Shown here: in pieces, positions 19,142 through 28,585 of the stretch
How the letters are laid out: each line of letters begins with the position of its first letter
How positions within the stretch are numbered: position 1 is the stretch's first letter
NCBI GenBank assembly: GCA_041653635.1
Contig: JBAZFC010000001.1
Span: 433,723-497,722, forward strand
Length of the DNA stretch: 64,000 nt
Origin: Candidatus Micrarchaeia archaeon
GTDB lineage: Archaea; Micrarchaeota; Micrarchaeia; Anstonellales; Bilamarchaeaceae
Direction of reading: 5' to 3'
The notes under the pieces: model-generated
The model's input: only the letters and a program-made list of their open reading frames with translations
Databases searched by the model: none
Told to the model about the DNA's origin: nothing
Position numbers and translations under genes: made by a program

Positions 19142-19686
19142 TGGCGAACACACTCTCCTTCCGAGCACTCGCAGCTTATTTCCAACCTTTCAATGTCCCC
19201 GCTGGAGCAGTGGTACTCATAAAGCAGTGAAGGCGATGCGCACCTGTCCGTGACCGTTTCCATCACCGCGGTGCTTTCGGTCATCTTTGTGTCGCCCCTC
19301 CTATAAATGTCGTCCCCCTCGTTTGATTCCACGCAGAAGCCCTCCTGCCTGTGCACGCATGCATTGTCGCGGCAGTTCCAGCCGCACCTCACGATGTCCT
19401 GTGACACAACGCCGCCCCTGCAGGAATAAACCTGCATGTCCCCGCCCGGGTAGCAGCCGTTCGTGTATGTCCCGTATGCGCCGTCCAGCTCGCCCTTTGC
19501 GTAGGTCGCGTATTCCTCGCATGCCTGCGGCGCGGTTATCCCCGGAGGGGATGGCTCAGGCTGCGGATAGGACAGCCCTCCTGTATAGCCGGAAGAGCCG
19601 GGCTGGCTGGCTGTGCCGCCCTGCTGCTGCGCGCAGCCCGCAAGGAAAAGAAACCCTATTACCAGGATTGCTAGAATGGATTTCAT
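19138..19686 (-). CDS. Cys-rich secreted lipoprotein-like protein
   Basis: 182 aa. Signal peptide with LAGC lipobox-like motif, 14 Cys. Translationally coupled to flpA. Confidence 0.5.
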   Translation of the reverse strand: MKSILAILVIGFLFLAGCAQQQGGTASQPGSSGYTGGLSYPQPEPSPPGITAPQACEEYATYAKGELDGAYGTYTNGCYPGGDMQVYSCRGGVVSQDIVRCGWNCRDNACVHRQEGFCVESNEGDDIYRRGDTKMTESTAVMETVTDRCASPSLLYEYHCSSGDIERLEISCECSEGECVRQ

Positions 19687-19713
19687 AAGTATTATTCGGA
19701 GGGAGGGTTTAAT

Positions 19714-20106
19714 TTAATACCTGCGCCGCCTTCTGGAGTAGAAACAGGTGCATTTGACGTTTCTCGAACTAGGTTTTTTGTCTTCATCTGAATAAAGATT
19801 CCATGATATAATTAAACCCAATCCGCATAATGAAATAAAGAAACCCAAATTGAGTACGAATATGGAAATACTGCCAAAAATGCTTGCCCCAGAAGTACCA
19901 AATCCATTTGTTGATACTACCCACGCCCCTACAAGTCCTGCGATTATACCAACCATCATGTCTCTAAAGATTTTCTTTACTTTTTCAGCGTTCTTTTTTA
20001 AATATCTCCAGATGAAACTTATGCCTAACAAAGCAAAAATCATCCCGATAAATATGGGGATAAGAAGTGCTACGATTATCGCCATATCACCGGTTAGTTC
20101 AAACAT
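19714..20106 (-). CDS. Small three-helix membrane protein directly 3' of tRNA-Lys
   Basis: 130 aa from ATG 10 nt after the tRNA. Three hydrophobic segments. Confidence 0.35.
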   Translation of the reverse strand: MFELTGDMAIIVALLIPIFIGMIFALLGISFIWRYLKKNAEKVKKIFRDMMVGIIAGLVGAWVVSTNGFGTSGASIFGSISIFVLNLGFFISLCGLGLIISWNLYSDEDKKPSSRNVKCTCFYSRRRRRY

Positions 20107-20115
20107 TCTCTCATC

Positions 20116-20190
20116 TATCGGGCCCGGGGGGATTTGAACCCCCGGCCTACGGATTAAAAGTCCGCCGCTCTGACCAAGCTGAGCTACGGG
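20116..20190 (-). tRNA. tRNA-Lys(TTT)
   Basis: Cloverleaf read by hand. Acceptor GGGCCCG/CGGGCCC, anticodon loop CTTTTAA, T-arm GGGGG TTCAAAT CCCCC. Confidence 0.85.
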
Positions 20191-20230
20191 CCCAAGAGCA
20201 AACACTATTAACGCATCAAATAGTTTTAAA

Positions 20231-21235
20231 CTACTCCTTCCTCGCAATCTCCTTAGCAACCCCTTCCGGGAAGAAAGTGAACTTGTGCTCCTTCAGCACG
20301 GTCATCACCTCCAAAGAACGCATCACGGGAAGGAAGTTGTTCCTGAATTCCAGAAGCGTCTCATGCAATTCAGAAGGCCCCCGCGCAGTAAAGAACGCAA
20401 CCCCGCCCAAAGAATTCGCGGAATGGAAACCATAAGTAACTCCCTTCTGCGTCTTGAAATATGCCTTCAGTTTCGCCTCATACTCCGGAGTGATGTTCTT
20501 CAGCATGAACTCAATATAGTAGGAATTGAAGCCGAGCATGGAGACGTCCAAATCCACCCCGTATCCCTCTATCACGCCCAGCGCCTCAAGGTTCGCCTTC
20601 CTGTACCCCACCACGTCCCTGTCCAGCCCTGTTTCCTTCACCATGTCAACTATCCTTTTCCGCCCGTTGGAATCCAGGGAGCGCAGCACGGCGGCGTCCC
20701 TCGCATCCAGCCTGGGCCGCCCCTTCTGCACCACGGCGCTCCGGCGCGTGGAGAACGGCCGCAGGCCCGTTTCCCCCACCGCGTCCATGAAATTGGTTTT
20801 TTTGTAAAGGAAGGCGCAGGACTTCACCTCAAGGTCGTTCAGCGCGGCCCCGCACACGCCCGATATCTCCGATACAATCCTATACACGTCCTCGTCGTTC
20901 CGCACCGCGAACTCCGCAAGCACATCCCAGCGCCCAAGCATGGTGAAGGCGTTCATGCAGAAGGGGTGCGCCCTTATGTGCCCCATTATCTTCTCCATCT
21001 CCTCTTTCCCAGGGGAGAGGCTCATGGTGAGCTGGAACGAATTGTAGCCAAGGGAATCCGGGTGTATCCTGGTGAAATACTTGCATATCACGCCCATCCT
21101 CTCCAGCCGCTTAATCCTGTAAAGGACGGCATCCTTGGAGAGCCCCGCCATTTTTGCAATCCTGTTGGTGGGCAGGCGGGAGTTCTGCGTGAGTATATAG
21201 AGTATTTTTCTGTCTTTTAGGTCAATTTTTTCCAT
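20231..21235 (-). CDS. Tandem (double) Lrp/AsnC-family transcriptional regulator
   Basis: 334 aa. Two HTH plus RAM units in series. Confidence 0.8.
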   Translation of the reverse strand: MEKIDLKDRKILYILTQNSRLPTNRIAKMAGLSKDAVLYRIKRLERMGVICKYFTRIHPDSLGYNSFQLTMSLSPGKEEMEKIMGHIRAHPFCMNAFTMLGRWDVLAEFAVRNDEDVYRIVSEISGVCGAALNDLEVKSCAFLYKKTNFMDAVGETGLRPFSTRRSAVVQKGRPRLDARDAAVLRSLDSNGRKRIVDMVKETGLDRDVVGYRKANLEALGVIEGYGVDLDVSMLGFNSYYIEFMLKNITPEYEAKLKAYFKTQKGVTYGFHSANSLGGVAFFTARGPSELHETLLEFRNNFLPVMRSLEVMTVLKEHKFTFFPEGVAKEIARKE

Positions 21236-21278
21236 AAGTAAGAATTATACGCAATAATCTTAAATATTTCACTTATTT

Positions 21279-23120
21279 GTGGCAAAATCCATTCACAGGT
21301 TATATATCCCCAAAATGCGTAAGAAACTTATGAGAAACCTGAAATTCACCGAACTGGGGTATGCGCCGATAGAAGTGCTGGAGGCGAGCCGCGCACACCG
21401 CGAGGGATATGCGCCGGAAGGGCCCGGGCGCCCCAGGCCCCGCGAGAACGGCAAATACTACTGCCTTTCCTTCTATCTGGATTCCATCACCAAAGAAAAC
21501 TGGGCGGACTTCCTCAGGAAGCTCTCGGACTTCCAGCTCACCGCGACCATCCACATGGAGATGGAGGGCCGCCACGTGCGCTTCATAGTGGAGAGCGACA
21601 GGCACCTGGAAAACGGGAACTCCATCTTCTACCCGTTCAGGGCGATGCCCACGAGGGAGGAGCCGGCAAAGATGCCGGGGGGGATATGGCCCCACGCGGT
21701 GCGCAGCAAGGACCTCTTCGCATTCATGTCCAGGGAGCAGATAAGGAAGAACAGGGAAGTTAAGAGGATAGAGCTGAGATGCGTGATAAAGAGGCCTTTA
21801 AACGTAATCCCGGCAATCGGGAGGGTTTCCTATTCCAACGGGGATTCGGAATTCCTCGCAATAGCGGACCTCACCACCTTCCTCTCCTTTGACCTTCTCA
21901 AGACCGCGGAGATGCATGTGGATAAAGTGGAGGCGGAGCTGAGGAACTCGGACATACGCACGAGGGGCCAGAGGAAGAACCTCATGCTTGAGGGCAACGG
22001 CGTGAGTTTAGGGGTGGAGGATTACGATTTCCAGAAGCACGGCCTGGTCGTAGGCCAGAGCGGCGCAGGGAAGAGCAAGCTCCTTGAGCTTTTTGTAAAA
22101 GGCCTCATAAAGGATGGAAAGCTGGACGAATACACCGTGGTCTTCCTTGACCCGCACGGCGACGTGCACAGGAACATAAAATATGAAAAGAGCACTCTGG
22201 TGGACTTCCGCTCCCACGCGATAGAATTGTTCTCAAACAGCGGGGAGCCGAGCGGCTCCACCGAGCTCACGGTCGCGCTGTTCTCCTCATTCATAGACGT
22301 AAATAATCCCTACCTTTCAAGGGTGCTCAAGCACTCCCTCCACCTCCTCTTCTCGCTCAAGATGATGAGCCTGGACAACCTGAGCCTCCTGCTCACGGAC
22401 ACTATGGCGAGGAAGGAGATAGTCGCGAAATGCGAGAACACCCAGCTCAAGAAGTTCTTTGACACCGAGTTCATGGAGATGCGCACCCAGCGTTATGACA
22501 GTGCGATACTTCCGATAGTAAATCTAATAGATGAATACAGGATGCTCACCGCGGGCATAAGCGAGGCGTCCCAGCACGAGCTGGCCGGGCTCATGGACAA
22601 GAACCCGCTGGTCTTCGTTTCAACGAACCCCGCGCTCCTCGGAAAGAACATGACGAGGTTGATTGGCGGCGCGGTAATCCAGCAGATATTCACCCTCCTG
22701 CAGACAGGAAGGATAAGGAAGAAAATCATACTCGTGGTGGATGAGACCTCGCTTGTGCAGAACCCTGCGCTCGCCTCCATTTTATCCGAGGCGAGGAAGT
22801 TCGGGCTCACGGTCCTTTTCGCGCAGCAGTACCTCGGCCAGCTTGAGGAGGGCGTGCTCAAGTCCGTGCAGGCGAACATGGTGAACCTATTCTGCTTCAA
22901 GGTTGCAAGGGAGGACGCGGACACCGTGAATAAAATGATGAATTTGGAAATCAACCCCGTCTTTGAGAAGGAGAGGGCGTTCGCAAAAGTGGAGGACATG
23001 AAGACGGACATGCTCACGAAGAGCAACCCGAGGGAATGCGTCTTCCGCGTGATGCAGAACGGAAGGCTGGTGAGGCCGGTGAAGGCGAGGACCGTGGACG
23101 TGGAAAGCCTGGTGATATGA
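21279..23120 (+). CDS. HerA/FtsK-superfamily (DUF87-like) P-loop ATPase with unknown N-terminal domain
   Basis: 613 aa. Walker A VVGQSGAGKSK, Walker B ILVVDETS, followed by an ARKFGLTVLFAQQ motif characteristic of HerA/VirB4-clade ATPases. The first about 250 aa are unrecognised. Confidence 0.7.
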   Translation: MAKSIHRLYIPKMRKKLMRNLKFTELGYAPIEVLEASRAHREGYAPEGPGRPRPRENGKYYCLSFYLDSITKENWADFLRKLSDFQLTATIHMEMEGRHVRFIVESDRHLENGNSIFYPFRAMPTREEPAKMPGGIWPHAVRSKDLFAFMSREQIRKNREVKRIELRCVIKRPLNVIPAIGRVSYSNGDSEFLAIADLTTFLSFDLLKTAEMHVDKVEAELRNSDIRTRGQRKNLMLEGNGVSLGVEDYDFQKHGLVVGQSGAGKSKLLELFVKGLIKDGKLDEYTVVFLDPHGDVHRNIKYEKSTLVDFRSHAIELFSNSGEPSGSTELTVALFSSFIDVNNPYLSRVLKHSLHLLFSLKMMSLDNLSLLLTDTMARKEIVAKCENTQLKKFFDTEFMEMRTQRYDSAILPIVNLIDEYRMLTAGISEASQHELAGLMDKNPLVFVSTNPALLGKNMTRLIGGAVIQQIFTLLQTGRIRKKIILVVDETSLVQNPALASILSEARKFGLTVLFAQQYLGQLEEGVLKSVQANMVNLFCFKVAREDADTVNKMMNLEINPVFEKERAFAKVEDMKTDMLTKSNPRECVFRVMQNGRLVRPVKARTVDVESLVI

Positions 23121-23830
23121 TGGACAACGAGGAAGGCTTCAGGGCGGTCTGCAAACAATTGTTCGGGGCGGGCGTTTCCATTTCTTTGGAGGAGGGCGCG
23201 AAGCTCTTTTCTTATGGGATAGAACTGCCCAGGCAGAGGAAGACGATGGAAGGCGGCACCACCCACACCAATTATGGTGGCGGGAACTACGTAAATCCTA
23301 AGGAGGTGCAGAAGCTCACGGAGGGCGGCAACATGTTTCCCGTGGAGAAAATAGATGGTATGGAGGACGTCCAGCGCCTCTACTCGGATTTGCGCTCCTT
23401 CCTCGGCGACAAGTCCATAGACGCGCAGAACATGGAGAAATCCGACAATGTATTGGCAAGCTCGGACGTCTATATGAGCGACAACATCGTGGAATGCAAG
23501 AACGTGGGCTTCTCCTTCTCCCTTTTCCGGTGCGAGTACGTGTACGGCTCCAAGAACCTGGACTCCTGCTCCTTCTCCATCAGGTGCCAGGACAGCAGAT
23601 TGCTTAACAACTGCTTTGAGGTCAGCTGGAGCGCGAAATGCACGGACTCTATGTTCTGCCACGACTCCTTTGATTTGCGGGACTGCCTCTTCTGCTTCCA
23701 TCTGGCGTCCAAGCAGTACTGCATAGCGAACAGGCAGTATTCCAGGGAGGATTATCTCCGCATAAAAGGGATGCTGCTGGAACACCTCAAGAAAAACGGG
23801 TTTAGGGCGGATTTCTTCCCGCAATTGTGA
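23117..23830 (+). CDS. Cys-ladder tandem-repeat protein (hypothetical), translationally coupled to the ATPase
   Basis: 237 aa. ATGA start/stop overlap. About ten Cys at 6/9/12-residue spacing (CEYVYGSKNLDSCSFSIRCQDSRLLNNCFEVSWSAKC...). Confidence 0.6.
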   Translation: MMDNEEGFRAVCKQLFGAGVSISLEEGAKLFSYGIELPRQRKTMEGGTTHTNYGGGNYVNPKEVQKLTEGGNMFPVEKIDGMEDVQRLYSDLRSFLGDKSIDAQNMEKSDNVLASSDVYMSDNIVECKNVGFSFSLFRCEYVYGSKNLDSCSFSIRCQDSRLLNNCFEVSWSAKCTDSMFCHDSFDLRDCLFCFHLASKQYCIANRQYSREDYLRIKGMLLEHLKKNGFRADFFPQL

Positions 23831-23872
23831 GCTTCCGCAGGGTATAAAAAGAGTTGTTCATTATATACTTAT

Positions 23873-24304
23873 ATGGTTGAAGATAGAAAACCTAAATTTG
23901 CGGTGATACCCGGAGGGCTGGAGCCCAAAGGCCTCAAAAGCAAGGCGAGGCAGGCACACAGGGACATCGCCGCCAAGTGCATACTTGATATTCACGAGAT
24001 AAGGGACAGGATGGCCAAAAGGGTCGCGGACCCGGAACTGTTCAATGAAGAGTTTAAGAAATATTTCAATACGCCCACCACAACCAGTGACCTGGAGCGG
24101 AGGAGGCAGATGGAGGTTGCGCTGGAAAAGTGGCTGAAGTTTGAGGAGGATTTTTACGCCCACCTCAATGCGAACGGCTACAGGAGCATTCTTCTTCCAG
24201 CGGAAAAGATAGCCGCCACCGTCAAACATATAGCAGACACCGCATGGGTGGGTTTCAGGCCTGTTTTCCACGGGCGCAAGCCCACACCACCGGATTCCGC
24301 ATAA
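23873..24304 (+). CDS. Hypothetical protein
   Basis: 143 aa ORF with protein-like composition, no motif recognised. Confidence 0.45.
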   Translation: MVEDRKPKFAVIPGGLEPKGLKSKARQAHRDIAAKCILDIHEIRDRMAKRVADPELFNEEFKKYFNTPTTTSDLERRRQMEVALEKWLKFEEDFYAHLNANGYRSILLPAEKIAATVKHIADTAWVGFRPVFHGRKPTPPDSA

Positions 24305-24321
24305 GTATATAAAAAGTTCTG

Positions 24322-25362
24322 ATGAATTTTTCCCTCATGCCTACGAAAGAGGAATACCTGCAAAGGGAACTGAAGCACATAGACATCAAGAAGCACAACA
24401 CGGTACAGCTTGTTGAGGACTATTCACACATGGCTTTCCAGGCAAGAAATCTTGCCCGCGCCTCGCACATCTACGACAAGATGCTTTCCGACGACAAATG
24501 CACGGTCATCCTAACGCTGGCCGGCTCGCTCTTCAGCGCCGGGCTAAAAGATGTAGTAGTTGATATGGTGCGCAACAACATGGTGGATGCAATCGTATCC
24601 ACGGGCGCCATAATGGTGGACCAGGACTTCTTTGAGGGATTGGGCTTCAAGCATTACATCGGCACGCCGATGGTGGATGACGAGGATTTGCGCCAGAAGC
24701 ACATAGACCGCATTTACGATACATACATTGACGAGGACGAATTGCGCGTATGCGACATGACCGTCGCGAAAATAGCGGACGGGCTTCCGCCCAAGCCCCA
24801 CTCCTCAAGGGAAATCCTGAGGGAAATGGGCAAGCACCTGAAGGAGCACGGGAAGAACAAGCAGTCCGTGGTTCTCGCATCCTATGAGATGGGCGTCCCG
24901 ATTTTCGTGCCCGCCTTCTCCGATTGCAGCGCGGGCTTCGGCTTCGTCCACCACCAGTGGAACCATCCCGGGCAGCATGCGTCCATAGATTCGGCGAAGG
25001 ATTTCCTTGAGCTTACGAAACTCAAGCTGGCGGCGGGGGAAACGGGAATCTTCATGGTCGGAGGCGGAGTTCCGAAGAACTTCACCCAGGACGTGGTTGT
25101 TGCGGGAGAGGTGCTGGGGAAGGACGTTTCCATGCACAAGTACGCCGTGCAAATCACCGTCGCGGACGAGAGGGACGGCGCGTGCTCCAGTTCCACCCTG
25201 AAGGAGGCGCACTCCTGGGGCAAGGTGGACGAGGGAAACGAGCAGATGGTCTATGCGGAAGCGACCATGGCGATGCCCCTCATTGTGGGATACGCTTACC
25301 ACAAGGGAAATTGGAAGAAGAGGAAGCCGAAGAACTTCGGGCCGATGCTTGACAAGGGCTAA
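24322..25362 (+). CDS. dys: Deoxyhypusine synthase
   Basis: 346 aa. DHS family signature regions (GAIMVDQDFFEGLG, NAD-binding segments). Confidence 0.9.
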   Translation: MNFSLMPTKEEYLQRELKHIDIKKHNTVQLVEDYSHMAFQARNLARASHIYDKMLSDDKCTVILTLAGSLFSAGLKDVVVDMVRNNMVDAIVSTGAIMVDQDFFEGLGFKHYIGTPMVDDEDLRQKHIDRIYDTYIDEDELRVCDMTVAKIADGLPPKPHSSREILREMGKHLKEHGKNKQSVVLASYEMGVPIFVPAFSDCSAGFGFVHHQWNHPGQHASIDSAKDFLELTKLKLAAGETGIFMVGGGVPKNFTQDVVVAGEVLGKDVSMHKYAVQITVADERDGACSSSTLKEAHSWGKVDEGNEQMVYAEATMAMPLIVGYAYHKGNWKKRKPKNFGPMLDKG

Positions 25363-25363
25363 T

Positions 25364-25618
25364 ATGGACGGCGTAAATCTTCTCGGCTATCTTGCGGGCC
25401 TCCTGCTCACCATTTCGCTAATCCCCCAAGTGCTGCAGAGCTGGAGGACGAAATCCACCAAGGATATTTCCCTCTGGAGGTACGTGATTTACACCTCCGG
25501 CATCGCGCTGCTGGTCATTTACGCATTCCTTGTGAATGACATCCCGGTCGCGGTGACGAACATCGTGGCGCTGCCGCTCGCGCTTTCAGTCATCTACCTG
25601 AAATTGAAGCACGGGTAG
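25364..25618 (+). CDS. PQ-loop / SemiSWEET-like small membrane protein
   Basis: 84 aa. Three TM helices, PQ motif (LIPQVLQSW). Confidence 0.6.
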   Translation: MDGVNLLGYLAGLLLTISLIPQVLQSWRTKSTKDISLWRYVIYTSGIALLVIYAFLVNDIPVAVTNIVALPLALSVIYLKLKHG

Positions 25619-25669
25619 GTATTAGGCATATTTTAATATTGCATAATCCCAATCTACTCAGGTGTTTTC

Positions 25670-27247
25670 ATGCGTTATGTATGTGATACAAGCGTAATCA
25701 TAGACGGAAGGATTCTGGAACTCGTTGAAAAGGGCGAGGTGAAAGGAGAGATAGTCATACACGAGGCGTCCATCGCGGAGATGGAGAACCAGTCCAACAT
25801 GAAGAAGGAAACGGGCTACGCCGGCTTCGCGGTGCTGAGGAAACTCCGCGAAATGGAGAAGGCGCACGGCATCACAGTGCTGATAAAGGGCGAGAGGCCC
25901 ACCCCGGACGAGATAAGGGGCGCAAAACGAACTGGGCAAATAGATTTCATGGTGCGCAGGCTGGCGAAGGCAGAAGGCGCAACGCTGATTACGGGCGACA
26001 CGGTCCAGCACAATGCCGCGGAGGCAGAGGGGATAAAGACAATCTACCTGCGCGCGCACGAACTGAAGGGAAAGCTTAGCTTTGAGCATTACTTTGATGC
26101 GAAGACGATGTCACTCCACCTGAAGGAGGGATGCAAGCCCGTGCTGAAAAAGGGCGGCCCCGCGCGTGTGGAGATAGTTGAGGTGCCGGAGATAATCACC
26201 GAGGACCAGATAAGGAAGCTGGGAGAGGAGATAGTTGAGGCGACCGGAAGGAACATCACTTATTATTTTGAGATAGACCGCGTGGGCGCGAGCGTCATAC
26301 AGATGGGGGAATATAGAATAGTCATTGCGAAGCCGCCCTTCTCCGATGGGTTTGAGATTACGATAGTCCGCCCCATAAAGAAGAACACGATGGCGGATTA
26401 TGAGGTAAGCGAAAAGCTGAAGGCGAGGATTGACCAGCAGGCGGAGGGAATAATCGTGTGCGGGCCGCCCGGCTCTGGCAAATCCACGTTCGCCGCGGCG
26501 CTCGCGGAATATTACCATTCCAAGAAATATGTGGTCAAGACTATGGAATCGCCCAGGGACATGCGCGTGATTCAGGAAATCACCCAATACACCGCGTTGG
26601 AAGGTGATTTTGAGTATACAAAAGAGATACTCCTGCTCGTCCGCCCGGACTACACATTCTATGATGAGATGAGGAAGAGCAAGGACTTCAACATCTACAC
26701 TGACATGCGCTTAACAGGCATAGGATTGGTCGGGGTGGTGCACGGGCGAAAAGCGATAGACGCAATCCAGCGCTTCATAGGGAAAGTGGATTTGGGCGTA
26801 ATCCCGCAGGTTGTTGACACGGTCATAATGATTGACGGCGGGCAGATAACCCAGGTCTATGAGCTGAGCCACACCGTGAAGGTTCCCGCGGGGATGAGGG
26901 AGCAGGATTTGGCGCGCCCCGTAATAGAAGTAAAGGATTTTGAAACAGGGGAGCCGGAATACGAGATTTACAAGTTCGGAGAAGAAACAGTGGTCCTTCC
27001 GCTTGGAGAGGCAATGGCACGCGGGCGGGGAAGAGGGCGAGGCGGGGAACGTGGCAGGGAAGGCGGCGGCCAGTTTGAGCGCGCACTCTCCAGGCTAATG
27101 CAGAATGAATTCAAGGTGGAGAAGGTGCAGGGCGGGTTCCTTGTGCGCGCGAAGCCGAATGACATTACATATCTATTCAAGCAGGGGCGGAAAAAATTGC
27201 GCAAGCTTGAGAACCGGTACGGCAAGATAGAGGTGCGGGAGCTTTGA
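25670..27247 (+). CDS. PIN-domain PilT/PhoH-like ATPase with KH domain (COG1855-type)
   Basis: 525 aa. N-terminal PIN, Walker A GPPGSGKST, C-terminal KH-like region plus RG-rich tail. Confidence 0.8.
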   Translation: MRYVCDTSVIIDGRILELVEKGEVKGEIVIHEASIAEMENQSNMKKETGYAGFAVLRKLREMEKAHGITVLIKGERPTPDEIRGAKRTGQIDFMVRRLAKAEGATLITGDTVQHNAAEAEGIKTIYLRAHELKGKLSFEHYFDAKTMSLHLKEGCKPVLKKGGPARVEIVEVPEIITEDQIRKLGEEIVEATGRNITYYFEIDRVGASVIQMGEYRIVIAKPPFSDGFEITIVRPIKKNTMADYEVSEKLKARIDQQAEGIIVCGPPGSGKSTFAAALAEYYHSKKYVVKTMESPRDMRVIQEITQYTALEGDFEYTKEILLLVRPDYTFYDEMRKSKDFNIYTDMRLTGIGLVGVVHGRKAIDAIQRFIGKVDLGVIPQVVDTVIMIDGGQITQVYELSHTVKVPAGMREQDLARPVIEVKDFETGEPEYEIYKFGEETVVLPLGEAMARGRGRGRGGERGREGGGQFERALSRLMQNEFKVEKVQGGFLVRAKPNDITYLFKQGRKKLRKLENRYGKIEVREL

Positions 27248-27831
27248 AGAAGATAATCTCGCTGCATGATGATTACCAGCTTGCGCTGGAGAGCGCCACG
27301 AAGGCGGTGCTGGACGGCAAGGTCTTCATCTACCCCACGGACACGGTCTATGGGATTGGGGGGAACGCGCTTGACGAGGAGGTTTGCGAGCGCATAAGGG
27401 AGATAAAGAAGAGGGACGTGAAGCCCTTCTCCATAATAGTCTCGGATTTCTCCATGCTCAGGAAATACTGCGAGGTCCCCGAGGACAGGATGCGCTACCT
27501 TTTCCAGTATCTTCCCGGCCCCTACACATTCATCCTTGTGAAAAAGGCGGGCATCCTTGCCTGCCCGGGGGGGAGGATAGGCGTCCGCGTGCCCATGCAC
27601 TCGTTCATAAGGAAGGTCGCAGGCGACACCGGGCTCCCCATACTCGGGACGAGCGCGAACATCTCCGGCAAGGGGCCGGCCTTCTCATTCAAGAAGATAA
27701 GCAAGGCACTAATCAAGCAGGTTGACCTGGCCATAGACGGCGGGGACACTTATTACAAGCAGGAATCCACGGTCGTGGACTTGGTGGATATGGAGATAAA
27801 GAGGGAGGGCGCAGGCAAATTCCATCTTTAG
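27244..27831 (+). CDS. L-threonylcarbamoyladenylate synthase (YrdC/Sua5 domain)
   Basis: 195 aa. YrdC fold motifs (IYPTDTVYGIG, RIREIKKR). Confidence 0.8.
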   Translation: MKKIISLHDDYQLALESATKAVLDGKVFIYPTDTVYGIGGNALDEEVCERIREIKKRDVKPFSIIVSDFSMLRKYCEVPEDRMRYLFQYLPGPYTFILVKKAGILACPGGRIGVRVPMHSFIRKVAGDTGLPILGTSANISGKGPAFSFKKISKALIKQVDLAIDGGDTYYKQESTVVDLVDMEIKREGAGKFHL

Positions 27832-27885
27832 CTCCGAACGCGCGCGAAGGAAAAGGTATTTAAGCACTCACCGGGAAAAATAGGC

Positions 27886-28200
27886 ATGGCAGGACCGGTG
27901 CAAAAGCAGGCGAGCAAGGACCTCAGCCTGTTCGCTGTCCCCAAGCCCCTCAAGAAGCAGGAGGAAGAGGCGGCAAAGGCGCACGAGCTGCAGTTGGAGA
28001 CCGTGCGGACCACGAACGCCATACTTGACCTCGCAAGGAAGCACGAGAGGGACCTGCCGAGGATAGACGAGGACAATTTTTCAATCAACACGTCCAGCAA
28101 GAACGCGACGATTATACAGAGCGCCGGAGCGATAGTCTCGGTGGACAGCAAGGGGCCGATTTCGGTCTACTGGGCCGGAAGGAAAGTCACTGTGGGCTGA
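27886..28200 (+). CDS. Hypothetical protein
   Basis: 104 aa ORF with coding-like composition. Confidence 0.4.
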   Translation: MAGPVQKQASKDLSLFAVPKPLKKQEEEAAKAHELQLETVRTTNAILDLARKHERDLPRIDEDNFSINTSSKNATIIQSAGAIVSVDSKGPISVYWAGRKVTVG

Positions 28201-28204
28201 TCTT

Positions 28205-28585
28205 ATGCGTGCAATGAAAGAGAAGGAAGAGGAGGTTCCCCGGCTCAGCTACGTTCCGGTCGTGAGCGTCGCGCTGCAGGATGCGGAGATGGCCGCCTTC
28301 AACGTCATGAACGACGCGTGGAGGAACATATTCGCGGGGAAGGTCACGGATTCCAGGATTGGAGACCTCGCAACCAGGCCGGACAGGTTTGAGGGCTGCT
28401 CGGTGAAATACGCAAAGATGGGCGATGCGGACATATACAGCGTGGAGGCGTCGCTCAACCGCGTGAAGAGGATACTTACGCTCAAGGTAAGCGACAGCTC
28501 AACGGAAATGATGCTTTCCACTCCGGATGGAAAGGAAGTGGAATACATAAAAGAGTCTGGCGGCGAAATCGTTGTGAGGCGCTAG
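28205..28585 (+). CDS. Hypothetical protein
   Basis: 126 aa ORF directly following the previous ORF. Confidence 0.45.
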   Translation: MRAMKEKEEEVPRLSYVPVVSVALQDAEMAAFNVMNDAWRNIFAGKVTDSRIGDLATRPDRFEGCSVKYAKMGDADIYSVEASLNRVKRILTLKVSDSSTEMMLSTPDGKEVEYIKESGGEIVVRR

